The notes: generated by a model from the letters alone, not told the origin. A stretch of DNA of 64,000 bases from Bacteroidota bacterium (GCA_016713925.1 JADJOH010000008.1:186117-250116); one strand, 5' to 3'. Positions 28,503 through 40,908 are shown, numbered from the stretch's first letter. Numbers and translations: made by a program.

Positions 28503-31500
28503 TTATTCCAGATTCCTTCCCGGTGTCCAGGGTGCCTTTAGAGCGTCCAATTGCTTTTCAATAGCAGTTATGTCAGCAGCAATGGATTTCAATTCAGCAA
28601 TGGCACTTTGCAGTTGTTTGGCTGCAATATCAAACGATTTCATATACGTACCGGTAGGGGCCGTAGTGGTACTCCACATTCCCGATTCAATATTACCTAT
28701 ACGATCATTAATAGATGGTACAGTTTCGAATTCTCTTTTTGCCAAAGCACCATCACCGAAGAGTTTTACGGAAACATTGTTGATCTTTTCCTGAGCTCTC
28801 TGTACACTTTCTGTCAGGGAGGAAGGAGCAGCAGGTGTTTCAAGTAGCGCAGGTCGGATGTACTTGAGTTTATGGTGCAGCTCGTTTCTGAATTCAGAGG
28901 CAGCGCCTGCATTTCTGCGCAATTCGTTTACTTTTTTGCAGAAGTCATCGTATGCTTTTTATCCGTTGCGGTAAGTGTATTGAGGTTGAGCGAACGGAGT
29001 GTGAAGGGTTGTGCCGGGACCATTTCGGTAATGACACCATCTTCAAATTTCTGAATGGATACGGTGTAGTTGCCGGGCAAGGCCAATGGTCCGGGAGAAA
29101 GCTGATCCCATGGATTATTCGGGTCGGGAGTATAGAAGGTGATGGGTCGTAAAGGGGAATAACGGAGGTCCCAGGTGAGTCGCTTCAGTCCTTTTTTCCC
29201 CGCAGTTTTAATATTTCGTACAGGCTTACCGTTAGCATCGGCGATAGTGAAGAGAAGATAGGGTTCCGGTTGGTTGTCTTCCATACGGATGCTGTCCGCT
29301 GACGGATAATAAACAGGATCTCCTTTTTTGATTTTTTCCTTCTCTTTTTCCTGTCGCTTTTCCTTGATGGTTTTAATGTCTTCCTTCAGATAATAGGTGA
29401 ATACCGCACCGATTTTAGGATTGGGTGTAGCGAAGAAACTCTCTCCGAGAAATCCCTTAAGCGGAAATCCATGCTCCTGATATTCGATAAACTGAAGTCC
29501 TTCTTTAACAGGAAAAAGTACAGCCGGACGGTTTACATCATCAGCTTTCAAATGACGAAGGGGAGTATAATCATCTAAAATATAAAACCCGCGTCCGAAG
29601 GTAGCCAGTACCAGATCATTTTCACGTTCCTGAATGGCAAGATCTCTTACTGCAACGGTAGGCAATCCTCCTTTTAACCGTATCCATTTCGCTCCACCAT
29701 CAATACTGAAATAAACGCCAAACTCGGTACCGGTGAACAACAAATTTTTATTGACATGATCCTCGCCGATGCAATAGGTGCTTCCACGTTGCGGTAAGTT
29801 CGCAGTAATGGAAGTCCAGCTTAAACCGCCGTCGTTGCTTTTGTAAATATAAGGTTTGAAATCGCCATAACGGTGATGGTTGAACGTGGCGTAGAAAACA
29901 TTTTTATCATGGCGGGAAGGAATGATTTGATTGACATACGTCCGCTCAGGAACGCCGGGAAAGGAGTTCGTTTTGGTCCATGTTTTTCCACCATCTTTAG
30001 TGACCTGAATGAGACCATCATCCGTACCTACTACGAGATGGTTTTCATCGAAAGGAGACTCGGCAATACTAACCAACTGTCCGTAGAAATCCGTAGATTG
30101 ATTTTTCGCTACCGCATCCATGCTCCATACTTTACCCATAACAGGGATCTTATTGCGATCGATTTGAGCAGAAAGATCTCCGCTGATTGCTGTCCAGTTT
30201 TCACCGCGGTCATCGCTGCGAAAGAGTTTGTTGGCACCGAAATAAAGTCGGGTATTGCTGAATTTGGAAATAATCAGGGGTGCATCCCAGTTCCAGCGCA
30301 GGGCAGGTTCATTGTCTCCTTCGATGGGTTTGATGTCGAGGTTCTCTCCGCTTTTTTTATCGTAGCGCACGAGTCCACCGTATTGCCATAAGGAATAAAC
30401 GATATTGGGATCTTTCGGGTCTACCACCGTCTCAAAGCCATCTCCACCCACGGTGAAATACCAGTCCATGTTATGAATACCATTGGCGCTCTTGGTACGT
30501 GAAGGCCCGCCAAGGGTATTGTTATCTTGCGTACCTCCATAAACGTTATAAAAGGGCTCTGCATTGTCAACAGCAACCTTATAAAATTGGGTGACCGGAA
30601 GATTGGCTTTGAATTCCCAGTTGGCCGCTCCGTCAAATGTTTCATAGAGTCCGCCATCACAACCGCTCAGCATATGATTGGTGTTGGAAGGATTCACCCA
30701 CAGTGCGTGATTGTCGACATGTTTATACCGCTCTCCAATGGCTTTAAATGTCTTTCCTCCATCTACAGAAACATTGATCCAGAAATCCATATAGTAGAGT
30801 TTGTTTTCCTCTTTAGGATCAGCAAAAATTTCCTGATAATAATTTCCGGAGGTACTGACATCGCTTCTTTTTTCCCAACTTGCACCGCGATCTACCGAAC
30901 GATAGGTGCCACCTTTTTTATCGGAAGCCTCAATCATACAATACAAAATGTCGGGATTAACCGGTGATATGGCCATGCCGATACGTCCCATATCAACTCC
31001 GGTAGTCCTTTGTGAATTTTATTCCAGGTGGCACCGGCATCGGTACTTTTGTAAATGGCAGATTCCGGTCCACCGCTGATGTATGTAAATACCTGCCTGC
31101 GTCGCTGATGAGCAGTCGCGTAAAGAATATTGCTGTTACGCGGATCCATATGCACTTCATTGCAGCCGGTGTTTTCGCTTACGTTGAGTACTGCAGTCCA
31201 TGTCTTGCCTCCGTCGGTTGTTTTATAGATGCCCCGGTCACCGCCTGCACTCCAGAGCGGACCATAAGCAGCTACATAAACGATGTCAGAATTTTTTGGG
31301 TCTATAACGATCATCCCTATGTGCTCGGAATTCTTCAAGCCCATGTTCTTCCAGGTCTTCCCTCCATCTTCCGATTTATAAACACCATCTCCATAAGCTA
31401 CACTGCGCTGGTTATTGTTTTCTCCGGTACCTACCCATACCACATTGGTGTTGTTAGGGTCAATGGTAACACATCCGATAGAATACGATCCTTCTTTTTC

Positions 31501-31779
31501 AAAAACAGGTTCGTAGGTAATACCCGCATTCACGGTTTTCCAAACTCCACCCGATGCAGCAGCTACATAATATTCGCTGGTGTTTTTTGGATTGACGGCA
31601 ATATCTGCAATACGCCCTGAGGTAATCGCAGGACCAATAGAACGGAAGGTGAGTCCGGCAAAGGTGGTATCCGAAAAGAGATTTGGAGCAGAGGTACTTG
31701 TTTCAGCCTTTTTCTTTTGTGCGAAGGCGGATAGGGTGATGGTAAGCAGGCAAGCCAACAGGAGGTAATGTCGTTTCAT
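28503..31779 (-). CDS. BNR/VPS10-like (sortilin-type) beta-propeller 'glycosyl hydrolase' (~1090 aa; frameshifts near 31003 and 28965)
   Basis: 'FRSIGP...SGRIADIAV', many S/T-x-D-G-G-x-T-W Asp-boxes, C-terminal helical region. Adding one base at CCGGAG and one at AAAAAG restores the frame. Confidence 0.88.
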
Positions 31780-32027
31780 AGTTTATTCTTAAGGTTGGTA
31801 AAGATGTATAAAAATACTTTTTAAAAATGGGAGGAAAAGAATCAAAACGACATTCGGTTGAAATTCATCGACAAAAGACGTCAAAAGAGCTATTTGCAAT
31901 TGCAAAATTTGAAAAGAAGAGAGTTGTAAAAGGAAAGTTGATATTTAGTCAGGAAGGAATTAAAAAATTGAAGAAAGTCGAATACCGGCTGAAACGGTTT
32001 GCTGCGAGCAATATCCAAGACGAACTT

Positions 32028-32663
32028 CTAGCCCAAAGGCCGCAGGTCATAAATATTCCTGATAGATGAGAACTCCTCTTCCATCTTCAACTCCAGATCT
32101 TTGATTTTTCCGGTATGTACATCAAACACCCATCCCCATATTTGTGGATAGCCGGTTTTGTACCAGGAGCGTTGTACGTGATATATCTTAATGATATTGA
32201 TGCATTGCTCCCGGACATTGAGTTCTACAAGACGATCAAACCGCTTTTGTACATCGGTAATGGCATCCAGTTCGCGTTGATGCAGCCGGTACACATCACG
32301 CAACGTTTGCAACCAGCTATTCAACTGTCCCATATCACTGGGATTTAATGCAGCCTTAACGCCACCGCATTCATAATGTCCACAGATGATGATATGTTTT
32401 ACCTTTAAATGTTCAACAGCATACTGCACGACGGCATTTATATTATTATCCGTACTCACTACAAGATTGGCAATATTGCGATGAATAAAAACTTCGCCGG
32501 GTTCTACGCCCATCAGGTCTTCGGCAGTAACACGGCTATCAGAGCAACCGATATATAAGTATTCCGGATGTTGCCCTTGTGCCAGTTTGCTGAAATAGTC
32601 GGGGTCTATACGTAATTTATCAGCCACCCATTTTTCATTGTTCTTAAAGATCTTTTCAAACAT
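32028..32663 (-). CDS. can: beta-class carbonic anhydrase
   Basis: 'GCSDSRV', 'HRNIAN', 'GHYECGG'. Confidence 0.95.
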   Translation of the reverse strand: MFEKIFKNNEKWVADKLRIDPDYFSKLAQGQHPEYLYIGCSDSRVTAEDLMGVEPGEVFIHRNIANLVVSTDNNINAVVQYAVEHLKVKHIIICGHYECGGVKAALNPSDMGQLNSWLQTLRDVYRLHQRELDAITDVQKRFDRLVELNVREQCINIIKIYHVQRSWYKTGYPQIWGWVFDVHTGKIKDLELKMEEEFSSIRNIYDLRPLG

Positions 32664-32674
32664 GTTTGTTTCGC

Positions 32675-33696
32675 TTAAAGTAATATATTGTTTACGGGTT
32701 TCAAGGGTTGGGGAATATCAGGCATTTGAAACATCTCTTTTAAATCGATTTCAATGCTTCTGCTGATGGCTGTAATCGGTACATCGTTCGCGCTGCCTTC
32801 AAAAGGACTTTCCGTTGATTCCCCTATTTTCTCCATGGTGGTAAATATCCACGTTGATAATGCACTGAAAGGAATAGAAAGCCAGATCAGATCTTCACCC
32901 ATGGAATCAAATTCTTTCAGCATGCCCAGTGGGACGAGCGCTACAAAGATGCGAATGAAGTATAAATTCAAAGTGGCAAATTGCCGGGGGTAGGGAAAAT
33001 TTTTAATGCGTTCAGAAACGCCTTGCTGGTTATAAAATTCTACCAATAGCTTTTGCAATTCCATGTGTCGGAAATCTTCAATGAGTCCGCGGTCAAGCAA
33101 TTCACGCAGGTGATCGGATTGTTTAGCTATCAACTGTGCTGCACGATTGGACGTCGTCATCACTTCTTCTATTTCTTCGTTGCTTAGGTAGTGTTGCAAT
33201 TCTTCCTTCAGCACTTTATTATGTTCTTCCACGATGAACCACTGATCTTTGTACTCCTGATTGTGTTTTTTGTAAAAGCTTCCCATACCCGAGCCTCTCT
33301 CAGTTGGAAACGCAACGCTGTGAGCCATGCAAAATGATAGTTCATCAACCTGAATTTTAAAAGTTGAATTTCTTTTTCAGAGATTGCATCTTTCGCATGT
33401 TTATTCGTCACAAAATCTTTCACCATTATTCCCCAGCTCCTGCTGCCGTTGGTAATCGCGCCCCAGGCTTTTCGGGCTTCCCACATGCGATCATAGGAGG
33501 CGTTATTTTTAAAACCTACCACAAAAGCTACGGCAGTACCCAGCAATGCAATCGGCAACCAGGGAATAGAAAGCCATTTCCAATCCAACAATTCATATAA
33601 AACGACCGGAATGGCAGATATCAATAGTAGACCAAAGATGTCCCTTCGGGTCCAGTATAAAACCTCCTTTAACGAGAAGTTCTTTCCGCTATGCAT
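32675..33696 (-). CDS. bestrophin-family ion channel (frameshift near 33270)
   Basis: 'GFKNNASYDRMWEARKAWG' and 'ERIKNFPYPRQF...ESPFEGSANDVP'. Adding one T in GCTTTTACAAAA joins the two ORFs. Confidence 0.88.
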
Positions 33697-33773
33697 AGTA
33701 CTCTTTTTTTTGCGAATGTAGAAAATATGAATTACAAACCATATAGTGTACGGGTTAACATTTTTGTAAATCT

Positions 33774-34175
33774 TTACTGCTTACAATTCCTTTTAAAATG
33801 AGTACCGGCCATCATCAGCCATACACCCGAACCCAGACAGAAAAAATGGAGGAAATTAAAATCTCTGACCATAATGATTTGAATGGCAATCCAGCCGGTT
33901 AAAAGAAATCCTTGTAAAATGACGAACTGAGGATAATATTTAAACTTGAAGAGCATGGCTAACAAAGCCAAAATATTCATTACACCATTTACCCAAAAAA
34001 GGACGAGACCCGGAATCCAATAGTCGTTGAAAGGGGAGTAGCGCAGATATTCAATGGTAAGACCAATACCTGCCCCGGAAGGATCAGTCATAAAACTATA
34101 ACCTGCGGGAAGAGCACTGAGTCCAATGATGGCCAGCACAAGAATCGTGAGTACATTCCACCACTTGTTTTTCAT
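33774..34175 (-). CDS. small membrane protein
   Basis: Four hydrophobic segments; 'SPFNDYWIPGLVLF'. Confidence 0.75.
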   Translation of the reverse strand: MKNKWWNVLTILVLAIIGLSALPAGYSFMTDPSGAGIGLTIEYLRYSPFNDYWIPGLVLFWVNGVMNILALLAMLFKFKYYPQFVILQGFLLTGWIAIQIIMVRDFNFLHFFCLGSGVWLMMAGTHFKRNCKQ

Positions 34176-34211
34176 GATCGGATCATTTTTTGAAACACGC
34201 TATCGGTATCC

Positions 34212-34808
34212 TCATTTCAAATATCCATCCACCATCTTCACCATCTCCTGAAACGTCTCTTCTGCATTTTCTCTCATCGGGAATCCTTCTGTCGTCATCA
34301 GGATTTCTCCTCTTCCATTGATGATAAAGGAAGTGGGATACGCATTCACGCCAAACAATCGGGAAAGTGTAAAGCAACGGGATGCATTGCCGGAAGTGCT
34401 TTCATCGGTACATTCAGGTAGAATATCGTAGTGGATTTTTTCCGTTCGGTATCGGCTGATAATTTCTGTATTGGAACTATCTCCCGGATCAAATACTGCC
34501 AGTTGAGCCGGCGGATGTGACCCGATGGCGAGCAATTGAACCGGCTTCCCTGCATAATGTTTTTGAAGTCTGTTTAGAACAGGTATTTCTCTCATACAAG
34601 GCGCGCAACCGATATAAAAGAAAGAAATCAAGGTGAGTTTATCTTTGAAATAAAGACTATCTACGGGTTTATTGTCCAGCGTTTTTCCGGTGAAGGAGGG
34701 AATTTTAAAAACCGATTGAGCTGTAACTGTATTTATGCCGGTACACCAAATGAATAGATACAAGATGAGCGACAATACTAATTTTATTTTCAAGGGATCA
34801 GCACGCAT
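34212..34808 (-). CDS. TlpA/thioredoxin-like disulfide reductase family protein
   Basis: 'CAPCMREIPVLN', 'FGVNAYPTSFII'. Confidence 0.85.
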   Translation of the reverse strand: MRADPLKIKLVLSLILYLFIWCTGINTVTAQSVFKIPSFTGKTLDNKPVDSLYFKDKLTLISFFYIGCAPCMREIPVLNRLQKHYAGKPVQLLAIGSHPPAQLAVFDPGDSSNTEIISRYRTEKIHYDILPECTDESTSGNASRCFTLSRLFGVNAYPTSFIINGRGEILMTTEGFPMRENAEETFQEMVKMVDGYLK

Positions 34809-34907
34809 ACTTTCGGTAGTTTCTAAGTTGGTGTAAATATCTGAAAAATAAAAAACCCGACAAGAAAATTTCCTGCCGGGTTCCATTATTTAAAAAATCG
34901 GATTGTT

Positions 34908-37192
34908 TTATTTCATTTTTATCACTTTATTTCGGGCAAGTCGTCCGGTAACATGACTTACTTCCAGAAAGTAAACACCATCTTGCAGGAGCGATAACTC
35001 AAGGAGTTTCGAGTTCTGACCTGTGCTGATGGCTATATTTTCTTCTTTATAGACAATTCTTCCGTTAAGGTCGAATACGGTAATCGTAGCATCGTCCAGG
35101 GAAGCGTCGCTTTCGAAATCCAGGCGTAACATTTCCTTAAACGGATTGGGAGATGCAGTTATCTTTAATACCTCAGTCGTTTCTTTCACTTTTTCAATGG
35201 AGGATGGCATAACAGCCGGTGGAGGAAGAGTTCGCAAGGCAGTGTGCAAGGTGATGGAGCAGGGATTGATGTCCGCTAAAAAAGCAGTTCCACTGGCTGC
35301 GGTGAATCCCACATTTAACGTAACATCTACACCTGCAAGGAACCGTGCTTCGAAGAGGCTCCCGGATGTGGAAACAATTTCTACAGTTCCTGTTGTAATT
35401 ACACTTTCAATGGCCTGATTGGTAGCATCAGCCACCAGCGCCACGATCGTGCCCATAACTAATTGTGTATTGAAAGGACTCTGCGCTCCTACACCCACGG
35501 CATACCATGCATTGCCGGTCTGAATAGCCTGACTGGAGCATGAGCCATAAATATCGCTTGCGGCCTCCAGCCATGCATCGCGTCCGTCGATATAATCTGC
35601 CGTTCCCCAAAGATATTGGTGAGCGAGAAAGGCGATTTCTTTGGCATCCGCAATACCTATGGCCGACACGTTGTAGTAGTCTCCATTGCTGTTGTAACCG
35701 CTTCCGCCTTCACACATCAGGTAGAAGCAGTGGTTCTGCACACCGCTATTCGTATGTACACCACCGTTATCATTTGATCCGGAGTACCAGTTGGTACCAA
35801 GATAGGTATCGGGATCGCCGAAGCTGATGGGATCGGCCATATTCCGTATGGATCCGGTGCTTTTATCGTTTCCGACTTTCCAGGCAACGCCTGCGGGTTG
35901 AGTGCCTTCTGTATAGACTTCCACCACTTCACCAAAGATATCTGCGAAGGACTCATCCATCGCACCCGACTCATCCTGATAATCAAGATCGGCTGTATAA
36001 TCATCCACTCCATGCGTAAACTCGTGACCCACGATATCCAGTGTTGTGTAGGAATCAGTAGCGTCAGTTCCTGAAGTCCCATATCCAAAATCAAAATCTT
36101 CATTGAAAGAATCGTAACTGGCATTGTTACCTGTAGGATTTCCATTGTCGTCGGTGAATTCATATTTAATTCTGCAGTCGAGTGATCCACCGGCATCGTC
36201 ATAACTGTTCCAGCTAAAATAGGAAAGGAAGAAATTATACGTTTTTCTCATTCCAAAATTTAACTGCATACCATCGCCTGCTCCGCCGGTATTTACCGGC
36301 CATGTATTGGAACTGCTGCTGTTACATATCGGCGTTTCGGTGCCGCCAAAATTATCATCGATGATTTCTATCAGCACACCGCAATCATCCGTCAATTCCC
36401 AATATTGAGAGTTGTTGCAAGTGTTTCGCTGCGACGTGTAGATCGTTTGCACACCGTTAAAGGGAGTAGTAACATTGGTGGGTCCACAGCTATGCGTAAG
36501 CGGTAGTTTGTTGATGATACTGGCATCCTCTGCATCTACAAAGACCGTATACGATGTGGATCTCGTCATCGGCACATCAAATTTCCAGCAAAGACGATAG
36601 TCTTCTGCACTATAACCCGAACGTTCTCTTTTATACATAAACATTAATTCACCGTGAGGCGAGGGTCGGCCGCCGGATCCTTCTTTGATTTTCTGTAGCG
36701 TTCAACATAGCGAATGTCGGTCCAGCCATAATCAGTTGCCGGGAGATGGGCCAGCGCTGAAGCCAGTGCTTTATCTTCTCCAATGGACGGGATGATGTTT
36801 TTATGGAGATCATGTACCAGGCGTCCGTTTGCTTTTACTACGATTCCATCTTTCAGGTAGAGATTGGCCACCGCACCATGCACTTTTATATTCTTGTAAT
36901 ATTGCTGGTATTTGTACTGTTGCATACCGGTAAGGTGCATCTCCATACTTCTGTCGAACCGCATTTCATCATCCGCATTTAAAGCAAAGGCTTGCTTGTG
37001 CTGATGAAACAATGCTTCCGGAGTAAGTTGCAGGTTGTCTTTAAAATAAATCCAGCCTGTAGCAGGATTGGTTTTTGTAATGGCAGCAAGTTCCGCACGG
37101 GGTCCCTTGCTCAGTTGAGCGCTGGTGATATGTGTTGACAGCAATACTATTCCGAATAGTAAGAGGGCTGCGCTATAATTTTTGTTTTTCAT
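34908..37192 (-). CDS. M4 (thermolysin-like) metallopeptidase with FTP/PepSY propeptide and T9SS CTD (frameshift near 36657)
   Basis: Propeptide 'YKYQQYYKNIKVHGA'; HEFTH; 'GAMDESFAD'; 'GGVHTNSG'; 'LNVGFTAASG' module; CTD 'ASPNPFK...VFDLNGR...GVYFL'. Confidence 0.92.
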
Positions 37193-37212
37193 GGAGTTAC
37201 GTTTTAAAAGGA

Positions 37213-38814
37213 TTAATTCTTTTTTAACGCATCCAGTTCTGCTTTCAATGCTTTGTTACTGTCATTTAACTGAATGATATAGAGTGTAAGTTCTTCCACT
37301 TTTTCCAATAATTTTTGCTGCATTTCACCAACATGGTAGCTGCCTTCTTCTTCTATTTGAGAAGCGGAAGGGAGTCCGGGAAGATGATGGTTTTCTTCAA
37401 CATTTTTCGCCAGCTCATCAATACTCATCAAGTTGTAGTTATCGCTGAACACATAATCCGGCCAGGAGTTTTCGAGACGAACGCGCAACTCTTCGCACAT
37501 GACCTTACCTGCTACAGAGAGCATATATCCGCTTGCGGGAGAGTTGGTGCCAATCATTACATCACCATCTTCGTTGATACGGAGCGCATCCCCGGCATTT
37601 GTTCTGAAGATCAGATCGCCTGTGGTGTTTCCTGATGCGGTACCAATCTTCAAATCTGCAGTTGTAGACTGTATAAAACTCACTGCAACATTGCTGTTAT
37701 TGTAAAATTGAAGGAAAGCGTCCGCCCCTCTTAATCCGATTGCTTCTGCATTGGTATGAATTTGCAATTTTGCAGTCGGACTTGCAGTACCTAATCCAAA
37801 GTTTCCATTATTCATCATCGACATTCTCACCACATTGTTGGCATAGAAGTACATGTTACCACTCGTATTGTTTGCACTTAAACCCAGATTCAGATTTCCC
37901 TGATCGCATTGCATAAATGCCTTTGCTACGTTGGAGTTATGAAAGGTCATGGAGGGAGCTGTAGCATTGAGGCGCAGTAGTTCACCGGTACCACTAAGAT
38001 GAAGTTTCACCCCCGGAGACTGGGTGCCGATTCCCATATTACCGGAAGAGTTTACCAGCACCTTAGTAGTACTGTTTACTGATATACGGAAGGGACTTGT
38101 TCCTGATCCGGTATTTATATGTAACATGCTACTTGGATCCTCAATACCCACACCTAAACGGTCGGAGTAATAGCCACGTCCGTTGAAATAGGCTGCCCAA
38201 TCTCCCGCTCCGCTTGCATTTCCATACACCCCAATATTTTTATAGCTGCCCATCGCAGATCCATATACACCGATATTCCTGTCCGTTAGAGCAGCGACAC
38301 CACTGCTTATTCCTGTTGCCATACCATATACACCATAGTGAATATTTCCTGCATTGGTGTTTTTATTCCAACCCATGACACCTGCACCAACACTGCTATC
38401 ATCTTCTTTTACACCGAGGACACCGACATACTTTAAACCCGTCGGAAAAGTGCCGATGCCTAATGTCGCATTGCAAAATGCACCTAAGTATCCATTGGCA
38501 GCGAGTGTACCGGTGGAGTTGGAGAAACGGCCGGTCACTGACCCATAGATCAGGTTCTGACTGGTGGCCAGAGGCAATTGATCGGCTACGAGTAGACGAT
38601 ATTTCGTATCAATACTCGTATTAATACCCAACTTACCGGTAGCGCCTACAGTTAATCTTGTACTGTTATTGGTTTTTATGCGTAGATCAAGATTGTCGCT
38701 GGTACCCAGATATTGGGAGGCGGTTGTTCCTGCATTCCCCGAGAGGGACCAGGACTGTGCATTTACAGCGTTCGACGCCAGTATTAATGCAGTGAATAGA
38801 AGTAGGTTTTTCAT
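37213..38814 (-). CDS. secreted tail-fibre-like protein with S74-like C-terminal chaperone/coiled coil (paralog A)
   Basis: SPI signal + QSWSLSGNAGT; GN(M/F/V)GIGT repeats; 'WPDYVF...HHLPGLPSA...LLEKVEELTLYIIQL'. Confidence 0.85.
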   Translation of the reverse strand: MKNLLLFTALILASNAVNAQSWSLSGNAGTTASQYLGTSDNLDLRIKTNNSTRLTVGATGKLGINTSIDTKYRLLVADQLPLATSQNLIYGSVTGRFSNSTGTLAANGYLGAFCNATLGIGTFPTGLKYVGVLGVKEDDSSVGAGVMGWNKNTNAGNIHYGVYGMATGISSGVAALTDRNIGVYGSAMGSYKNIGVYGNASGAGDWAAYFNGRGYYSDRLGVGIEDPSSMLHINTGSGTSPFRISVNSTTKVLVNSSGNMGIGTQSPGVKLHLSGTGELLRLNATAPSMTFHNSNVAKAFMQCDQGNLNLGLSANNTSGNMYFYANNVVRMSMMNNGNFGLGTASPTAKLQIHTNAEAIGLRGADAFLQFYNNSNVAVSFIQSTTADLKIGTASGNTTGDLIFRTNAGDALRINEDGDVMIGTNSPASGYMLSVAGKVMCEELRVRLENSWPDYVFSDNYNLMSIDELAKNVEENHHLPGLPSASQIEEEGSYHVGEMQQKLLEKVEELTLYIIQLNDSNKALKAELDALKKN

Positions 38815-38874
38815 AGCTGTTTAAATTATTGTTCAAACTTATCCCTTTGGCCCGGCGATTTCACCTAACTTTTA

Positions 38875-38903
38875 GGGAACGGTATTTTGTTTGAGGAAAC
38901 GGT
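38875..38903 (-). promoter_or_regulatory. candidate LytTR-binding direct repeat
   Basis: ACCGTTTCC-N11-ACCGTTCCC on the - strand, upstream of the TAAGTTTG -7 box (38834-38841). Confidence 0.5.
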
Positions 38904-38946
38904 CGGGTATTGCTATTTTTTGTAATTTGGGGAACTGCACAGCGTT

Positions 38947-40908
38947 ATGAAAATCCGATTCCAATTGCTTGTTTTCTTCCTCAATCTGTTCAGTTTATCC
39001 TTTTCTCTTGCCGGCGAAGTGTTGCAGGAAAGACCTCAGGCAGCGCAGGAATCGCGTTGGAGCAAGGCATTGCTGGAGGCAAAAATGGATATCTATAAAA
39101 ATGCCTGTGATGACGCCCTAAAGATTTTTCTTGAGCTCAATGCTCTTCCCTATCCTTCAAATGAGGAACGCAGTATCTTGATTCAAGTATTCAAAAGCGA
39201 TTTGCTCTACTGTGCAAAAAATGCTGATTCCGCGCGCACTGTTTTTAATGCCATTCAAAAATATCAGGGCAAGAACAGGCTGGTAAACTATGAATACTTA
39301 ATGCTGCAAAGTAAATTTCTGTTTGATGAGTTTAAAATCAAGGAAGCGAATCAACTGCTTCAGAAAGCTTTTAATCTGGCTCATGAAATGAAGGATGCTG
39401 TTCGGAAAAGTCTTTGCGCCAACATGATTGCAAGAAATCTTACTGCACTTGATTTTTACGAGGATAGCTACAATTATCGAAAAATAGCATTGAAATTTGC
39501 GGACGGAGACTCGCTGATGCGCTCTGTTGCTTATTCCGGCATTGCGAATTATCATTATGTGCATACACATCAATATGATTCGGCGATTCACTATTACAAG
39601 ATAGCCAGAAAATTTTCACCCGGAAATAATAAAGTTTTAGAAACAACCGTGTTACTCAATTCGGCGGCCGCATTGCTGGAGTTGGGAAAATGGAAAGAGG
39701 CTGAGCAACAAGTTCGGGAAATAGAGAGTAGTCTCCCGTACCTCACTCCATTGATTATCGGAAATTATTACAATACACTTGGGTTTATTCTTATCTCTAC
39801 AGGGCGAAATGGAGAAGCGATCGAAATTTATAAAAAGGGTCTTGCCTACAATGAAGAACATAAGGATTTGGATTTGCAGGTACAGTTGCTAGGATTTATC
39901 AGTGATGCCTATGCTGCATCGGGTAATTATAAAGACGCCTATCACTATCATTTTCGCTTAGAGCAAGCGAAAGATAGTCTGCGAAAACTTCAGACGGATG
40001 AACTGCTGATTGAGAAAGACAAGGAATTTCAAACGTCCATTAAGGAAGAGGAAAACGCACGTTTGACAGCCGAAAATGATCTGCAATTGCTCACCTTAAA
40101 AGCGAAGAACCGGCAGCTGATAGGCGGATCTGTATTGATCGCATTATTGTTTGTCTTGTTAGCGATGGTTTTGAATAATTACCGAAACAAGCAACGGCAT
40201 ATCAAAGCACTTGATGCACTTAACGGGCAATTAACGGAACAGCGCGATGAGATTCTGCGCATCAATCAACTGTTGCAATTGAAAGTGTTGCGTACACAGA
40301 TGAATCCGCACTTCATCTATAATTGCCTGAACTCCATTTTACATCTTGTTCAGCAGGGAGAAAAAGAAAAGGCGGCCGATTATCTCCTTCGGTTTGCAAA
40401 GTTATTGAGACAAGTGCTGGATTTTTCGGACCGACAGTTTATAGAATTGGAAGAAGAAATCCAGTTCCTTAACCTGTATCTATCTCTTGAAAAAATGCGA
40501 CTTGGCGATAATTTTAATTATTCGGTTACATGTGATATGGATACGGCTGAAGAAGAAATTTCAATACCTTCACTGGTCATTCAACCCTTCGTAGAAAATG
40601 CCGTTTGGCATGGATTATCTACTAAGGAAAATGATAAAAGAATTGCTATTCGTTTTTCTATGGTTGAAAATCATCATCAAATGCATTGTATTATTGATGA
40701 CAATGGAATAGGCAGAGCGATGGCAGCACAAAAGAAAGAGAATACCTCTAAGCATGTTTCAAAAGGAATGGCTATTACCGAGGAAAGGTTGCAATTGTTA
40801 CGGTATAAACTCGAGGATCATCAGACAATTCGTATTATTGATAAAATTCCGGAAGAAAATAGTAGTGGTACCATTGTAGAACTGACATTACCTGTGGCGC
40901 AATTATGA
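38947..40908 (+). CDS. LytS-type sensor histidine kinase with TPR periplasmic domain
   Basis: TPR helices, one TM, 'LRTQMNPHFIYNCLNSI', 'QPFVENAVWHG', 'DDNGIGR'. Confidence 0.95.
   Translation: MKIRFQLLVFFLNLFSLSFSLAGEVLQERPQAAQESRWSKALLEAKMDIYKNACDDALKIFLELNALPYPSNEERSILIQVFKSDLLYCAKNADSARTVFNAIQKYQGKNRLVNYEYLMLQSKFLFDEFKIKEANQLLQKAFNLAHEMKDAVRKSLCANMIARNLTALDFYEDSYNYRKIALKFADGDSLMRSVAYSGIANYHYVHTHQYDSAIHYYKIARKFSPGNNKVLETTVLLNSAAALLELGKWKEAEQQVREIESSLPYLTPLIIGNYYNTLGFILISTGRNGEAIEIYKKGLAYNEEHKDLDLQVQLLGFISDAYAASGNYKDAYHYHFRLEQAKDSLRKLQTDELLIEKDKEFQTSIKEEENARLTAENDLQLLTLKAKNRQLIGGSVLIALLFVLLAMVLNNYRNKQRHIKALDALNGQLTEQRDEILRINQLLQLKVLRTQMNPHFIYNCLNSILHLVQQGEKEKAADYLLRFAKLLRQVLDFSDRQFIELEEEIQFLNLYLSLEKMRLGDNFNYSVTCDMDTAEEEISIPSLVIQPFVENAVWHGLSTKENDKRIAIRFSMVENHHQMHCIIDDNGIGRAMAAQKKENTSKHVSKGMAITEERLQLLRYKLEDHQTIRIIDKIPEENSSGTIVELTLPVAQL

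Noticed and set aside
31827-32069. 80-aa Lys-rich ORF on +
   Set aside because: It has no motif, overlaps the 3' end of the carbonic anhydrase antisense, and lies across an AT-rich promoter gap.
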